The translations under genes and the position numbers were made by a program. This document shows, in pieces, positions 1 to 8,485 of a stretch of 27,118 nucleotides of DNA. Position 1 is the stretch's first letter. Every line of letters begins with the position of its first letter. This DNA is from Thermoproteota archaeon (GTDB taxonomy: Archaea; Korarchaeota; Korarchaeia; Korarchaeales; Korarchaeaceae): positions 1 to 27,118 of the forward strand of contig JAVCBY010000104.1 of NCBI GenBank assembly GCA_037917625.1, read 5' to 3'. A model generated the notes under the pieces. The model was not told where the DNA came from, made no database searches, and saw only the letters and a list, made by a program, of their open reading frames with translations.

Positions 1-1566
1 TCCTTCAGGGGAAAGAAGGATATGTGCTTGCTCGCTAGGAGGATGAACATATCTAGCTATGAGGGAGTGAGTAACTTGTGCAGACTTAAAAGGGAAAGCT
101 GTCCCTACTTCAGGAATCTCAAAAAGTTAGATTATTTCCAAATAGATGGGCCGATGATATTTTCTGAGATATTAAAAGCCGCAGAAAGTATTCAAGTTTG
201 CCCTTACTTCCTTCAGATGATGCTACTCGAGGAAGCTTCCCTAATCTCCTTGAGCTACAATTACATACTCTCACCACTCGGTTGGGCGATAAGGCATAAG
301 GTCAGCTTTAGAAGATCATTCTTAGTGGTTGATGAAGCACATAACATAGATAGAGTTGCGATGGAGCTCAACAGTAAATCCCTATCTCTGACTAGTTTGG
401 AGAGGGCTATAAAGGAGGACGAGAAGTACGATCCTAAGGACTCCCTCGGCCTGAGGGGGAAGCTCTTATCATTAAGGGATTTCATGCGTAAAGTAGCTGT
501 AGGCGAGGACGGTACATTCGACCTCAATGAGATGCTCTCTTCTACCGATCTCGGGCCTGATGATCTGAAGAATTTCCACGAACTAGTTGATATCGTTTAC
601 TCGGATTATGTCAAGAGGGGGAAGGAGCCGAGGTCTTATTTGAATTCAGTAGCCGAATTCCTAATAGTAGCTTTTGAGAGAGCTGGGGAGGAGGGAGTCG
701 CTTACCTTTACTCAGTTGAGGATGAGCCGAGCTTGGAAGTTTGGGATATGAGAGTCAGGGACTTTCTCTCCCCGATATGGAAGGATTTCAGATCAGTTAT
801 CTTCATGTCTGGAACTCTCGAGCCAATAGATGCTTTCTCGGATGTCGTAGGGGTCGATAATTTCTCGAGAATGAGCGTCCCATCTATAGCCGATCCCGAG
901 AGGGTTTCCACAGTGATAGTCAGGGGAGTGAGCACGAGAGGCGAGGAGTTATCTGATGATATGATTAGGAGATACCTGAAGGTAGTTGAGAGTTTCCTGA
1001 GCATCCCTGGGAACTTAGCTATCTTCACAGCGAGCTACAGGGTCCAAGAGGAGGTTATCAGCAGTATAATTGAGTTAGCTAAGGGAGCGGGGAAGCTCAC
1101 TTACTCAGAGGATAGGAATATGAGCGGGGATGAGGCGAATAGGATCCTGAGGGAGTTCAAGAATTTGCCTAAGGAGGGGAAGGAAGGTCTTCTAATAGCC
1201 CCAGCTGGAGGGAGGTTCGCCGAGGGAGCTGATTTCCCCGGTGAGGAGCTAGAAGGCATAATGCTACTAGGCATACCTTTCGATAGGTTGACGACGAAGA
1301 CGAGGGTCATGATCGAATATTACGAGAGGATGTACGGGAGGAGGAGAGGCAGATACCTCTCTTACGTAGTCCCTGCTCTCAGGAAAGCATCTCAAGCGCT
1401 AGGTAGGGCTATAAGATCCCATGAGGATGAAGCCCTATTCCTTCTAGCTGATGAGAGATATCTGAGCAGGACTTACTTCTCCCTCCTTCCGGATTTCGTG
1501 AGATGGAATGTGAGAGTAATCGACTGGAGGGACCTCCCGAGTCATGGCGAGCGAATGCATCACTGA
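1..1566 (+). CDS. xpd: XPD/Rad3/DinG-family Fe-S DNA helicase, 5'-truncated by window edge
   Basis: Frame is open from base 1 (SFRGKKDMC). Fe-S Cys motifs (CPYF twice), motif II VVDEAH, motif III MSGTL, motif V GRFAEGADF, motif VI QALGRAIR. Walker A lies upstream of the window. Confidence 0.9.
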   Translation, partial: SFRGKKDMCLLARRMNISSYEGVSNLCRLKRESCPYFRNLKKLDYFQIDGPMIFSEILKAAESIQVCPYFLQMMLLEEASLISLSYNYILSPLGWAIRHKVSFRRSFLVVDEAHNIDRVAMELNSKSLSLTSLERAIKEDEKYDPKDSLGLRGKLLSLRDFMRKVAVGEDGTFDLNEMLSSTDLGPDDLKNFHELVDIVYSDYVKRGKEPRSYLNSVAEFLIVAFERAGEEGVAYLYSVEDEPSLEVWDMRVRDFLSPIWKDFRSVIFMSGTLEPIDAFSDVVGVDNFSRMSVPSIADPERVSTVIVRGVSTRGEELSDDMIRRYLKVVESFLSIPGNLAIFTASYRVQEEVISSIIELAKGAGKLTYSEDRNMSGDEANRILREFKNLPKEGKEGLLIAPAGGRFAEGADFPGEELEGIMLLGIPFDRLTTKTRVMIEYYERMYGRRRGRYLSYVVPALRKASQALGRAIRSHEDEALFLLADERYLSRTYFSLLPDFVRWNVRVIDWRDLPSHGERMHH

Positions 1567-2390
1567 TGGGAAATTTCCGCGGGATTGTTCGTTATTTTAC
1601 TCCTTAGGACCGTGCCGAATCCGGACCAGTAATCTATTATATCGCTGCAGTCCGAGCATACTGCAGCTATAGCTGGCCCCGTCCCCGAGAGGCCCGCCCC
1701 TAGAGCTCCGAGCTCAATAGCTTTAAGCGCTAAGTCATCCCTGTAGCCGAGGGCCCTGCTGTATAAGAGGCCATTCAGCGTCATGACTTCCCAGACCCTA
1801 CTGGGAAGGAGTTTTATCAGAGAATCCGTTATTTTAGAGTACTTCCTCAATCTAGAAGCATCTATAGTGGATTTAGGCCTCGATGATTCCCAAGAAGGTA
1901 GTAATATCGCTACATCGAGCTCAGGGAGCGGTATCCTCATTATCAATTGATCCTTGGAGTTATCCGTTACCGTCAGACCTCCTAACATGGAAGCTGATGC
2001 ATCATCCATGGCCCCCGTTATAGTGACACCAGCCCTCCTAGCAGCCCTTACGGAGAGTTTAGTCGCCTCAATAAGCCCTATCTTCCTATCATAAGCACTA
2101 ACAACAGCTAAAATTACTGCATTAGCTACAGCACTACTGCTCTTCAATCCCCATCCAGCTGGTATATTCGAGCTAACTTCCACATTCGCTCCCTCACCCC
2201 CCACGAAGTTTAAGGCCTCTTTAACCGCTTCAATAACCAAGGGATCATATGGGCTGACTGAGAGATCATCGAAAGCGCGAGCTCTAGCTTCTACTCTCAT
2301 CCCTATTCCAATTGCAGCTCCCTTCCACGAAGCTATCGCATTAACTACAGTTATCGCACCGTTGACCCTAGCTACTCTCACTGAGACCAC
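1560..2390 (-). CDS. aroK: Archaeal shikimate kinase (GHMP family)
   Basis: GAITVVNAIA N-terminus, PAGWGLKSSSA GHMP motif, TGAMDDA, GLSGTGP. RBS spacing (AGGTG-N6) favours GTG at 2381 as the start. Overlaps aroE. Confidence 0.95.
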   Translation of the reverse strand: MVSVRVARVNGAITVVNAIASWKGAAIGIGMRVEARARAFDDLSVSPYDPLVIEAVKEALNFVGGEGANVEVSSNIPAGWGLKSSSAVANAVILAVVSAYDRKIGLIEATKLSVRAARRAGVTITGAMDDASASMLGGLTVTDNSKDQLIMRIPLPELDVAILLPSWESSRPKSTIDASRLRKYSKITDSLIKLLPSRVWEVMTLNGLLYSRALGYRDDLALKAIELGALGAGLSGTGPAIAAVCSDCSDIIDYWSGFGTVLRSKITNNPAEISHQ

Positions 2391-3216
2391 CTAGGAACCT
2401 AAGAGCCGCTTCCTCCATCACTCTCTCATCAGGTTCGACCCCGAACCATATCCTCTCAGAAACTGCCGCTTGCCTAATTAACATCTTGAGCCCTCCAATA
2501 GCTCTGCATCCTCTCATCCTAGCTATCCTCACTAGATCGGTCTCAGGCGGGTTGTAAACTAGATCCAGTACCGCGATACCGCTTAGCTTAGTCGCATCCA
2601 TGGGCATCCCCTCTCCTCCAGTCCCGAGGGGGGTCGCATTGACTAAGAGCTCAACTCTATCCAAGGCCCGCTCCCTAGCCTCCCAAGGTAGGGGGATGCA
2701 CTCTATCCCCAACTTGAGGCAGAGACCCTCTAGCCTCTTTACCCTCTCGATGTCCCTCGATGATATGTAAGCCTTTGAGAACATTCCGGAGATAGAAGTT
2801 AGGACCGCTCTAGCAGCTCCCCCAGCTCCGAGTATTAAGGCGCTCTCCCCACTCCTCACCCCTAAGAGCTCTAAGCTGTATTTGACCCCATCTACATCTG
2901 TATTGAACCCTAAGAGTTCATCCCCGAACTTTATGACATTAACAGCGCCTATTAAGCTAGCTCTCTCATCTAAGGAGTCCAGGAACTCTATCACTCTCTC
3001 TTTATGCGGTATAGTTATGTTGCAACCTACAGCACCCAGCTCCCTCAACCCCTCGATAGCTACGTCTATCCTGACTACATCGAACGCTAGATAAACTGCG
3101 TTCAGACCTAATTCCCTATAAGAGGAGTTATGAATGGCTGGAGAAGCTGAATGCTTCACAGGATGGCCTAGGAGGCACGTCAGTTTGGTCTCAGCGTTTA
3201 AGTTGAGCACCCGCAT
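2368..3216 (-). CDS. aroE: Shikimate dehydrogenase
   Basis: GHPVKHSASP, NITIPHK, GAVN, NTD, GAGGAARA, NATPLG, DLVYNP, GLKMLIRQA motifs. Confidence 0.96.
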   Translation of the reverse strand: MRVLNLNAETKLTCLLGHPVKHSASPAIHNSSYRELGLNAVYLAFDVVRIDVAIEGLRELGAVGCNITIPHKERVIEFLDSLDERASLIGAVNVIKFGDELLGFNTDVDGVKYSLELLGVRSGESALILGAGGAARAVLTSISGMFSKAYISSRDIERVKRLEGLCLKLGIECIPLPWEARERALDRVELLVNATPLGTGGEGMPMDATKLSGIAVLDLVYNPPETDLVRIARMRGCRAIGGLKMLIRQAAVSERIWFGVEPDERVMEEAALRFLGGLSESS

Positions 3217-3276
3217 TTTAAATGGGAACTAACTTAAGCTTTTAGTGCGATCGATACGATAAACTGCGGTGAGATG

Positions 3277-4191
3277 ATGAGATCCTCTCACGTGGGGAGC
3301 TACCCCCTCGAGCACTCTCAGGATAATATGCTGAGGGCTTATCGTGATACTGTGAGCTCTGGGATCACAGTGCCTCCCATACCCCAGCTCAGGAGCTTCA
3401 CAGAGATCTACCTGGATCCCCTCGCATCTAGCGGGAAGTTGAGGAAGGTCAAAGAGGACAGATATGAAGTCCTGCATCTAGATGAGCCGACCATAGATCT
3501 CAGTGAAGTGGAATATTTCTTGGAGAGATCTAGAGCTGATCCCAGAAGCTTGAGACTCCCAGTTACTGGACCCCTGACTTTAGCGAGCAAAGTCGGTGGG
3601 GAAAGTTTCATGGACTCTATGATAATTAATAAGAATGCGATCTTCTCATTCTTCGTCCCTTATGTGGAGAAGATAGTGAACTGGGCCTCCTCGAGGGGGA
3701 TAGGTTACATCTTCATAGATGAACCCGCATTGGGCCTCATAGTCGGGAGGAAGATATTAGGTTACTCTGAGAGGGAACTCCTCGATATCTATGAGGAGAT
3801 ATTTAGTGGAGTTAAATCCAATGCTGGACTGCATGTCTGCGGGAGGATCCCTCCGTTATTATCTGAGATATTGATGAGGGTACCCGCGAGGTACTTGAGC
3901 CATGAATTTCACGATACTAGGGAGAACCTCAAGTCCTTCAGTAAGGAGAAGTTAGAGGAATATGATAAGATAATTTCCCCAGGGATCGTGAGCGCTAAGA
4001 GCCCAGAGGTAGAGTCAATTGAGGAAGTCAACTCTTTGTTGAGGGAGATCTTGGAGAGATTCGGACCGAGAGTAGACTTAGTAAGTGCCGATTGTGGTTT
4101 CGGCGGCCTCAGGGGCTTAGAAAACTCCTATGATATCTCCTTGAGGAAACTCAAGTTGATAGCCGAAGTCGCCTCATCATTCGATGCCTAA
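3277..4191 (+). CDS. Catalytic-domain-only (core) MetE-like methionine synthase / Zn thiol methyltransferase
   Basis: About 304 aa. HVGSYP, TGPLTLA, IDEP; Zn ligands HVC, E (SHEF) and DCG all present. No N-terminal folate-binding half. GGTG-N5-ATG favours 3277 over 3274. Confidence 0.85.
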   Translation: MRSSHVGSYPLEHSQDNMLRAYRDTVSSGITVPPIPQLRSFTEIYLDPLASSGKLRKVKEDRYEVLHLDEPTIDLSEVEYFLERSRADPRSLRLPVTGPLTLASKVGGESFMDSMIINKNAIFSFFVPYVEKIVNWASSRGIGYIFIDEPALGLIVGRKILGYSERELLDIYEEIFSGVKSNAGLHVCGRIPPLLSEILMRVPARYLSHEFHDTRENLKSFSKEKLEEYDKIISPGIVSAKSPEVESIEEVNSLLREILERFGPRVDLVSADCGFGGLRGLENSYDISLRKLKLIAEVASSFDA

Positions 4192-4724
4192 GTGATCCTT
4201 GACACGAAGAACTTGCTCGGGAAGGACCTAGAGCACTCCATGAAATCATCCCCGAGCCCTACGTAAAGTTTCCATAGAGCTATGAAGTCGTCCATCAATT
4301 TCTCCACATCTCTAGGGTCATCTAAGATAACTATATGCTCTATACTATTGTAGAGCTCTTGCTCAGCTAGGCCCAAAGATCCTATTATCGCTTGCTTCCC
4401 ATCTACTATGTACATCTTAATCTTTTGGATGGATGAGTTCTTCTTGAGGATGAGGTAGTCCAAGGGAGGGCTCACCCAATCTCTCTTTATCTCTCCTCTA
4501 GCGTTTCTCTCCGATTTCAATGAGTTCTTTATGATATTAACGGATTCCTCGTTCTTATAAGCGCTCGTTATGACCTTAATATCGACCCCCTTTTTAGCTA
4601 TATCTACGAGTTTCTGAGCGTATTTAGGGGATAAGCTCGGGCTACTGATCCAGAGCAGTTTGTTCGCGCTGAAGATCATTAATTCAAGGAGTGTACCCAG
4701 AGACCTCCCGATGTAGGTTCTCAT
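4188..4724 (-). CDS. Phospholipase D-like (single HKD-fold) protein with degenerate catalytic motif
   Basis: LWISSP, GVDIKVIT and KIKMYIVDGKQAIIGSLG align with HxKxxxxD-x6-GSxN, but with H->K and N->G. Confidence 0.75.
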   Translation of the reverse strand: MRTYIGRSLGTLLELMIFSANKLLWISSPSLSPKYAQKLVDIAKKGVDIKVITSAYKNEESVNIIKNSLKSERNARGEIKRDWVSPPLDYLILKKNSSIQKIKMYIVDGKQAIIGSLGLAEQELYNSIEHIVILDDPRDVEKLMDDFIALWKLYVGLGDDFMECSRSFPSKFFVSRIT

Positions 4725-4828
4725 ACGAGGGAGCGTATCACGCAGTAATTAAAAAAATTATAGAGGGATTCCCTTCGCATAGGCGATCTCGAACGTTAGA
4801 AATTTTAATTCAGAGGGATGGAACTCCT

Positions 4829-4837
4829 GGAGGTGAT
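4829..4837 (+). promoter_or_regulatory. Strong ribosome-binding site GGAGGTGAT upstream of the RACo gene
   Basis: Anti-SD complement. The GGTG core lies 5 nt before an in-frame ATC, the same spacing seen at hynL, hypE, the CBS, YbjN-like and MobB-like genes. Confidence 0.7.
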
Positions 4838-4840
4838 CTC

Positions 4841-6352
4841 ATCCCCAAACTCAGGGTCCTCCCTCACGCTATAGAGATAAGCGTTGATGAAGGCGAGAAC
4901 CTCGGAGAAGCGTTGAGCAGAGAGCTCGGATTCCCTCTGCTATGCGGTGGAGCTGGTTTCTGCGGTGGTTGTGCCATCAAGATAATTGAGGGAAAAGTAT
5001 CGGAGCCTAAGATTGAGGAAGTGCTCTCTGGAGCTCTAGAGAGGGGGATGAGATTAGCATGCCTGACCAAAGTACTGGGTGACGTTATAATAGAGATACC
5101 GGAGGTCGTCCCAATTGCCTCGATCTCAGGGGTCATGCCTAAACTAGAGCTAGATACATCTCATCTGCCTAATGCACATGGCTTAGGTCTCGCTGTGGAC
5201 CTAGGGACTACTAACATAGCCGGATCCCTGATGGAGCTTAGTAGCGGGAAGGTGATAGCTGAAGGATTCGTCAGGAACCCTCAGATCGCTAAGGGGAGCG
5301 ATCTGATGACTAGGATCGAGAGGGCAATTAGAGGGGAGGAGATAGGTTTACTAGCTGTAGAGGGGATCGAATCCCTCATATCCAAATTAGCTGGAGGGCG
5401 CAGGGGTGAGATAACCTCCCTGATAATAGTCGGAAATTCGGTCATGCAATCACTACTGCTGGGTCTCGATATAAGATCCCTCTCAGTAGCTCCCTTCGAT
5501 CCTCCCCTGAAGGATTGGTCGATAATTCCAGCTACGGAGATAGGCATAGAGCTGCCTGAAGCTACAGCTATAATTCCACCTGCTATAGGTGGCTTCGCTG
5601 GATCCGATGCCCTAGCTGATGTATTGACTACTAGACTCTTGGGTATAGAGGCTCCATACTTACTCATAGATCTCGGGACCAATAGCGAGGTAATTCTAGA
5701 TGTTGGTGATTCCGTACTCGTCGCTACGGCTCCAGCCGGTTCAGCATTCGAGATGAACGCTAGAGGAGTTGGAGGGATAGAGGAAGCTGTGAGAGAAGCT
5801 AGGTTTGAGGATGGGAAGTGGAAGTTGAAGTATTCGAAGAGACCCTCGGGGCTCACGGGATCCGGGCTCATATCAGCGGTAGCTGAGATGCTCAGAGTAG
5901 GATTCATTGATGAGAGCGGGAGGATGAGGAGGGAATTCAAAGGCACTATCTCCCTCTTAGATGACCCTAAGATAGAGATAACTCAGAGGGATATCAGGGA
6001 GGTTCAGAAGGGGGTGAGCGCAATCTACTCGGCTTGGAGGATCTTGTTAAATGAGGCTTCCCTCAAGCCGGAGAGAGTGGTCATAGCCGGGACCTTCGGG
6101 AGCCATTTGAAGTATGAGGATGCCCTCACGATAGGGTTGATACCTCCAGTACCCGAGGATAACTTCATATCCATCGGCAACTCCGCCCTCACTGGAGCAA
6201 AATGTATGATGATTAGTAGGAGGGCCTATGAGTTAGCTAAGGATATCTTGAGGGTGACGAAGCACGTAAACCTTACCGGAAAGCAGAACTTTCCAGACAT
6301 CTTCATAGAGGGCCTGACATTGAGGGAGAGGCTGACCTACGAAGATATATAA
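4841..6352 (+). CDS. RACo-type reductive activator of corrinoid proteins (N-terminal [2Fe-2S] plus ASKHA ATPase, DUF4445)
   Basis: CGGAGFCGGC...RLAC [2Fe-2S] motif, DLGTTN, DLGTNSE, APAGSAFE, DIREVQKG, AGTFG, GNSALTGA. The ORF-track start (4691) overlaps the divergent gene and adds about 50 non-family residues. Start placed at ATC 4841 from the RBS. Confidence 0.88.
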   Translation: MPKLRVLPHAIEISVDEGENLGEALSRELGFPLLCGGAGFCGGCAIKIIEGKVSEPKIEEVLSGALERGMRLACLTKVLGDVIIEIPEVVPIASISGVMPKLELDTSHLPNAHGLGLAVDLGTTNIAGSLMELSSGKVIAEGFVRNPQIAKGSDLMTRIERAIRGEEIGLLAVEGIESLISKLAGGRRGEITSLIIVGNSVMQSLLLGLDIRSLSVAPFDPPLKDWSIIPATEIGIELPEATAIIPPAIGGFAGSDALADVLTTRLLGIEAPYLLIDLGTNSEVILDVGDSVLVATAPAGSAFEMNARGVGGIEEAVREARFEDGKWKLKYSKRPSGLTGSGLISAVAEMLRVGFIDESGRMRREFKGTISLLDDPKIEITQRDIREVQKGVSAIYSAWRILLNEASLKPERVVIAGTFGSHLKYEDALTIGLIPPVPEDNFISIGNSALTGAKCMMISRRAYELAKDILRVTKHVNLTGKQNFPDIFIEGLTLRERLTYEDI

Positions 6353-6502
6353 GATTTCCTCGGAAATTCGGATGCTTTCCAAAGGTTTCCCCCTGGGACG
6401 CTCGAGGAGGGTCAATTGAGAAAGTCTATAGAGCAGTGAACCGGTGTCTGGATTCTAAAGTATATGTCTAGATGAAGGGAGAATTTAAAGATATATTTAA
6501 CG

Positions 6503-7153
6503 TTATGGGATGATCTCCTTCATCTCTCTTCCTATTATAACCATTATTCCATGCTTCTCAGCTATCTCCCTCAAGAAGTCAACTGCCTCTGCTCCAACAT
6601 TAGCTATAGCTAAGATTTTTATAGTTACGTCTCTTTCATACATTTCCTTAACGAAATTTACCCTCTCCAGTAGTTTATCGAGCTCTCTCCTAGCATCCTC
6701 CAGGGAAGCCACTCCCGTCGTGACCTCGCCCACGAGTAGGGGGTCCTCGCAGAAGAGATCTAACTCGACGGTCTTACCCATGTACTTCAGCTTGATGCCC
6801 ACCTCTATTCTCGCTCCCTCGTACCCCCTCTCACTCAGATATTCCTCAAGGAAAGCAGCTGTGTAATACTCCAATGTCATCCCAACGGCCCTGCCCAGCT
6901 GCTCGAAGTTCTTCCTCAATCCTTTGACTTCCTTCCAGAGCTCTTGTTGTCCTTTCCAGAGCTTCTGCTGGCCTTCCCTGAGCAATTTAACTTCTTCCCA
7001 GAGCTTCTTTTGTCCCTCTTCGATTTTATCAAGCCTTTCCAGTATCTCTCTTATCCCTATTAGCCCTGCAATAGCATACCTGAATTCCTTATCCTCCTCT
7101 AGCGTTCTAAGTATCCTTTCCTTCTCTTCCTTCGTGAGCACTTGAGTCATCAT
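6503..7153 (-). CDS. Coiled-coil plus PD-(D/E)xK-like nuclease-fold protein (archaeal paREP/DUF3782-like)
   Basis: N-terminal LEEDKEFRYAIAGLIG, heptad repeats, C-terminal ELDL...GEVT nuclease-like core. TTTAAA at 7174-7179 sits at leaderless-promoter distance. Confidence 0.7.
   Translation of the reverse strand: MMTQVLTKEEKERILRTLEEDKEFRYAIAGLIGIREILERLDKIEEGQKKLWEEVKLLREGQQKLWKGQQELWKEVKGLRKNFEQLGRAVGMTLEYYTAAFLEEYLSERGYEGARIEVGIKLKYMGKTVELDLFCEDPLLVGEVTTGVASLEDARRELDKLLERVNFVKEMYERDVTIKILAIANVGAEAVDFLREIAEKHGIMVIIGREMKEIIP
6914..7015 (-). repeat. Intragenic degenerate heptad repeats (GQxxLW three times; 14-7-14 aa units)
   Basis: GQKKLWEEVKLLRE / GQQKLWK / GQQELWKEVKGLR. The DNA motif CCAGAGCT occurs three times on the + strand. 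Confidence 0.75.
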
Positions 7154-7270
7154 TAATTCGAACTACTTATGAATTTAAAGCTTCTGATCGCTCCAGCTCC
7201 GCTTCATCAAAATCCGTCTCACGATAATGGGACTCCTCAAGGAAGCCCATCAACGATCTCCTCGATTATT

Positions 7271-7310
7271 TCCCGAATATTTAATCATAACCCCGAATAT
7301 TCGATCATAA
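7271..7310. repeat. Two-copy 20-bp tandem repeat in divergent intergenic region
   Basis: TCCCGAATATTTAATCATAA / CCCCGAATATTCGATCATAA, 17 of 20 identical. Confidence 0.7.
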
Positions 7311-7478
7311 GAGCGATTAAATACTCTATTATTCAAAAAAAGCATCCTAATCTTGAAAACAAATACAAATTAAAGAGGGTTCCTCATATATTTAAACATC
7401 TTTCTGCGTCCCTCACTGGGCACTATTGCAAAACTATTCGTACTCCCCGCTTAAAATGAGCTCACTCCACCTCAGGAT

Positions 7479-8483
7479 ATGCGGTCGAAGGAGTTAATTA
7501 TATTAGCGGACTCATCGCCAGACTCCATCATCGAGAAAGCCATTAAGATGGGGCTTAAAGTGACTGCCATAGATCAAGGTGTCAAGGAAAGGCTTAAGGA
7601 TTACTTAGATCCTTCTCTCATAGTAGAGGTGAGCGAATGGCCCTCCGAGGGGGAGCTAACTCTCTTCAAGATAAGAGGGCCTGAAGATCTCGAGATACTC
7701 AGGAGAGAAGCTAATGAGCGGAAGTTCCTAGTGGAGAGTGAGAGCTGGAAGATAATACCTCTCGAGAACATAATAGCTGAAGTAGGTGGGGAGAGAATTT
7801 ACGCTATAGCTGATAGCTTAGAGGATGCGAGATCCCTCCTTGGGGTCCTTGAAGTGGGTGTTAAGGGAGTAGTCATCCCTATAAAGGATTCCGTACAGCT
7901 TGAAGCGGTTTTGAGGCTCTCGGAAGAGGTAAACCCGCTCAACTTGAGGGAAGCTAGGGTCACTGAGGTTAAGCAAGTGGGCATGGGGGATAGAGTGTGC
8001 GTCGATACCACGTCGATCCTATCCAAAGGAGAAGGGATGTTGGTGGGGGGTTCAGCTTCTTTCCTCTTCTTAGTGCACAGCGAGAATATAGAATCCCCTT
8101 TCACATCCCCTAGAGAGTTCAGAGTGAATGCTGGGGCTGTATCGAATTATCTGCTCGCTCCAGGTGGGAAGACACTTTATCTCTCAGAAGTAAGAGCTGG
8201 GAGCGAGGTCCTGGCTGTCTCGATCGATGGTAGGAGGAGGGCAGTCAGCGTGGGCAGAGCTAAAGTTGAGAGGAGGCCCATGGTCTTAGTGAGGGCGAGT
8301 AGCGATGGGGAGGAGGGATGGGTCATCCTTCAGTTAGCTGAGACCATACCTCTAGTCACGCCTGATGGTTCAACAGTGGCTGTGACCGATCTAAAGCCCG
8401 GGGATAGGGTCTTAGTTTACGTATCTGAGAGGAAAGCCAGGCACTTCGGCACAGCTGTAGATGAGTTCATAGAGGAGAGATGA
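7479..8483 (+). CDS. aroB': 3-dehydroquinate synthase type II (archaeal AroB')
   Basis: WKIIPLEN, GDRVCVDT, REFRVNAGAV, GRAKVERRP, QLAETI, ARHFG...EFIEE. TTAAAA about 23 nt upstream suggests a leaderless transcript. Confidence 0.93.
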   Translation: MRSKELIILADSSPDSIIEKAIKMGLKVTAIDQGVKERLKDYLDPSLIVEVSEWPSEGELTLFKIRGPEDLEILRREANERKFLVESESWKIIPLENIIAEVGGERIYAIADSLEDARSLLGVLEVGVKGVVIPIKDSVQLEAVLRLSEEVNPLNLREARVTEVKQVGMGDRVCVDTTSILSKGEGMLVGGSASFLFLVHSENIESPFTSPREFRVNAGAVSNYLLAPGGKTLYLSEVRAGSEVLAVSIDGRRRAVSVGRAKVERRPMVLVRASSDGEEGWVILQLAETIPLVTPDGSTVAVTDLKPGDRVLVYVSERKARHFGTAVDEFIEER

Positions 8484-8485
8484 CT

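Noticed and set aside
4691..4840. 50-aa N-terminal extension of RACo in the ORF track
   Set aside because: It overlaps the divergent PLD-like gene and the AT-rich promoter, does not resemble the family, and a strong RBS lies at 4829.
5281..5946. 221-aa antisense ORF and many similar Ser/Ile/Pro-rich shadow ORFs (e.g. 708-1028, 9547-9984, 10804-11241, 12829-13257, 14496-15032, 18896-19282)
   Set aside because: They lie antisense to well-supported genes, their composition mirrors the sense-strand codon bias, and they have no motifs.
7271..7310. Possible CRISPR remnant
   Set aside because: Only two adjacent copies, no spacer and no cas genes.
7169..7459. 96-aa ORF in the divergent spacer
   Set aside because: AT-rich with atypical codons, no RBS, and it covers both neighbouring TATA elements.
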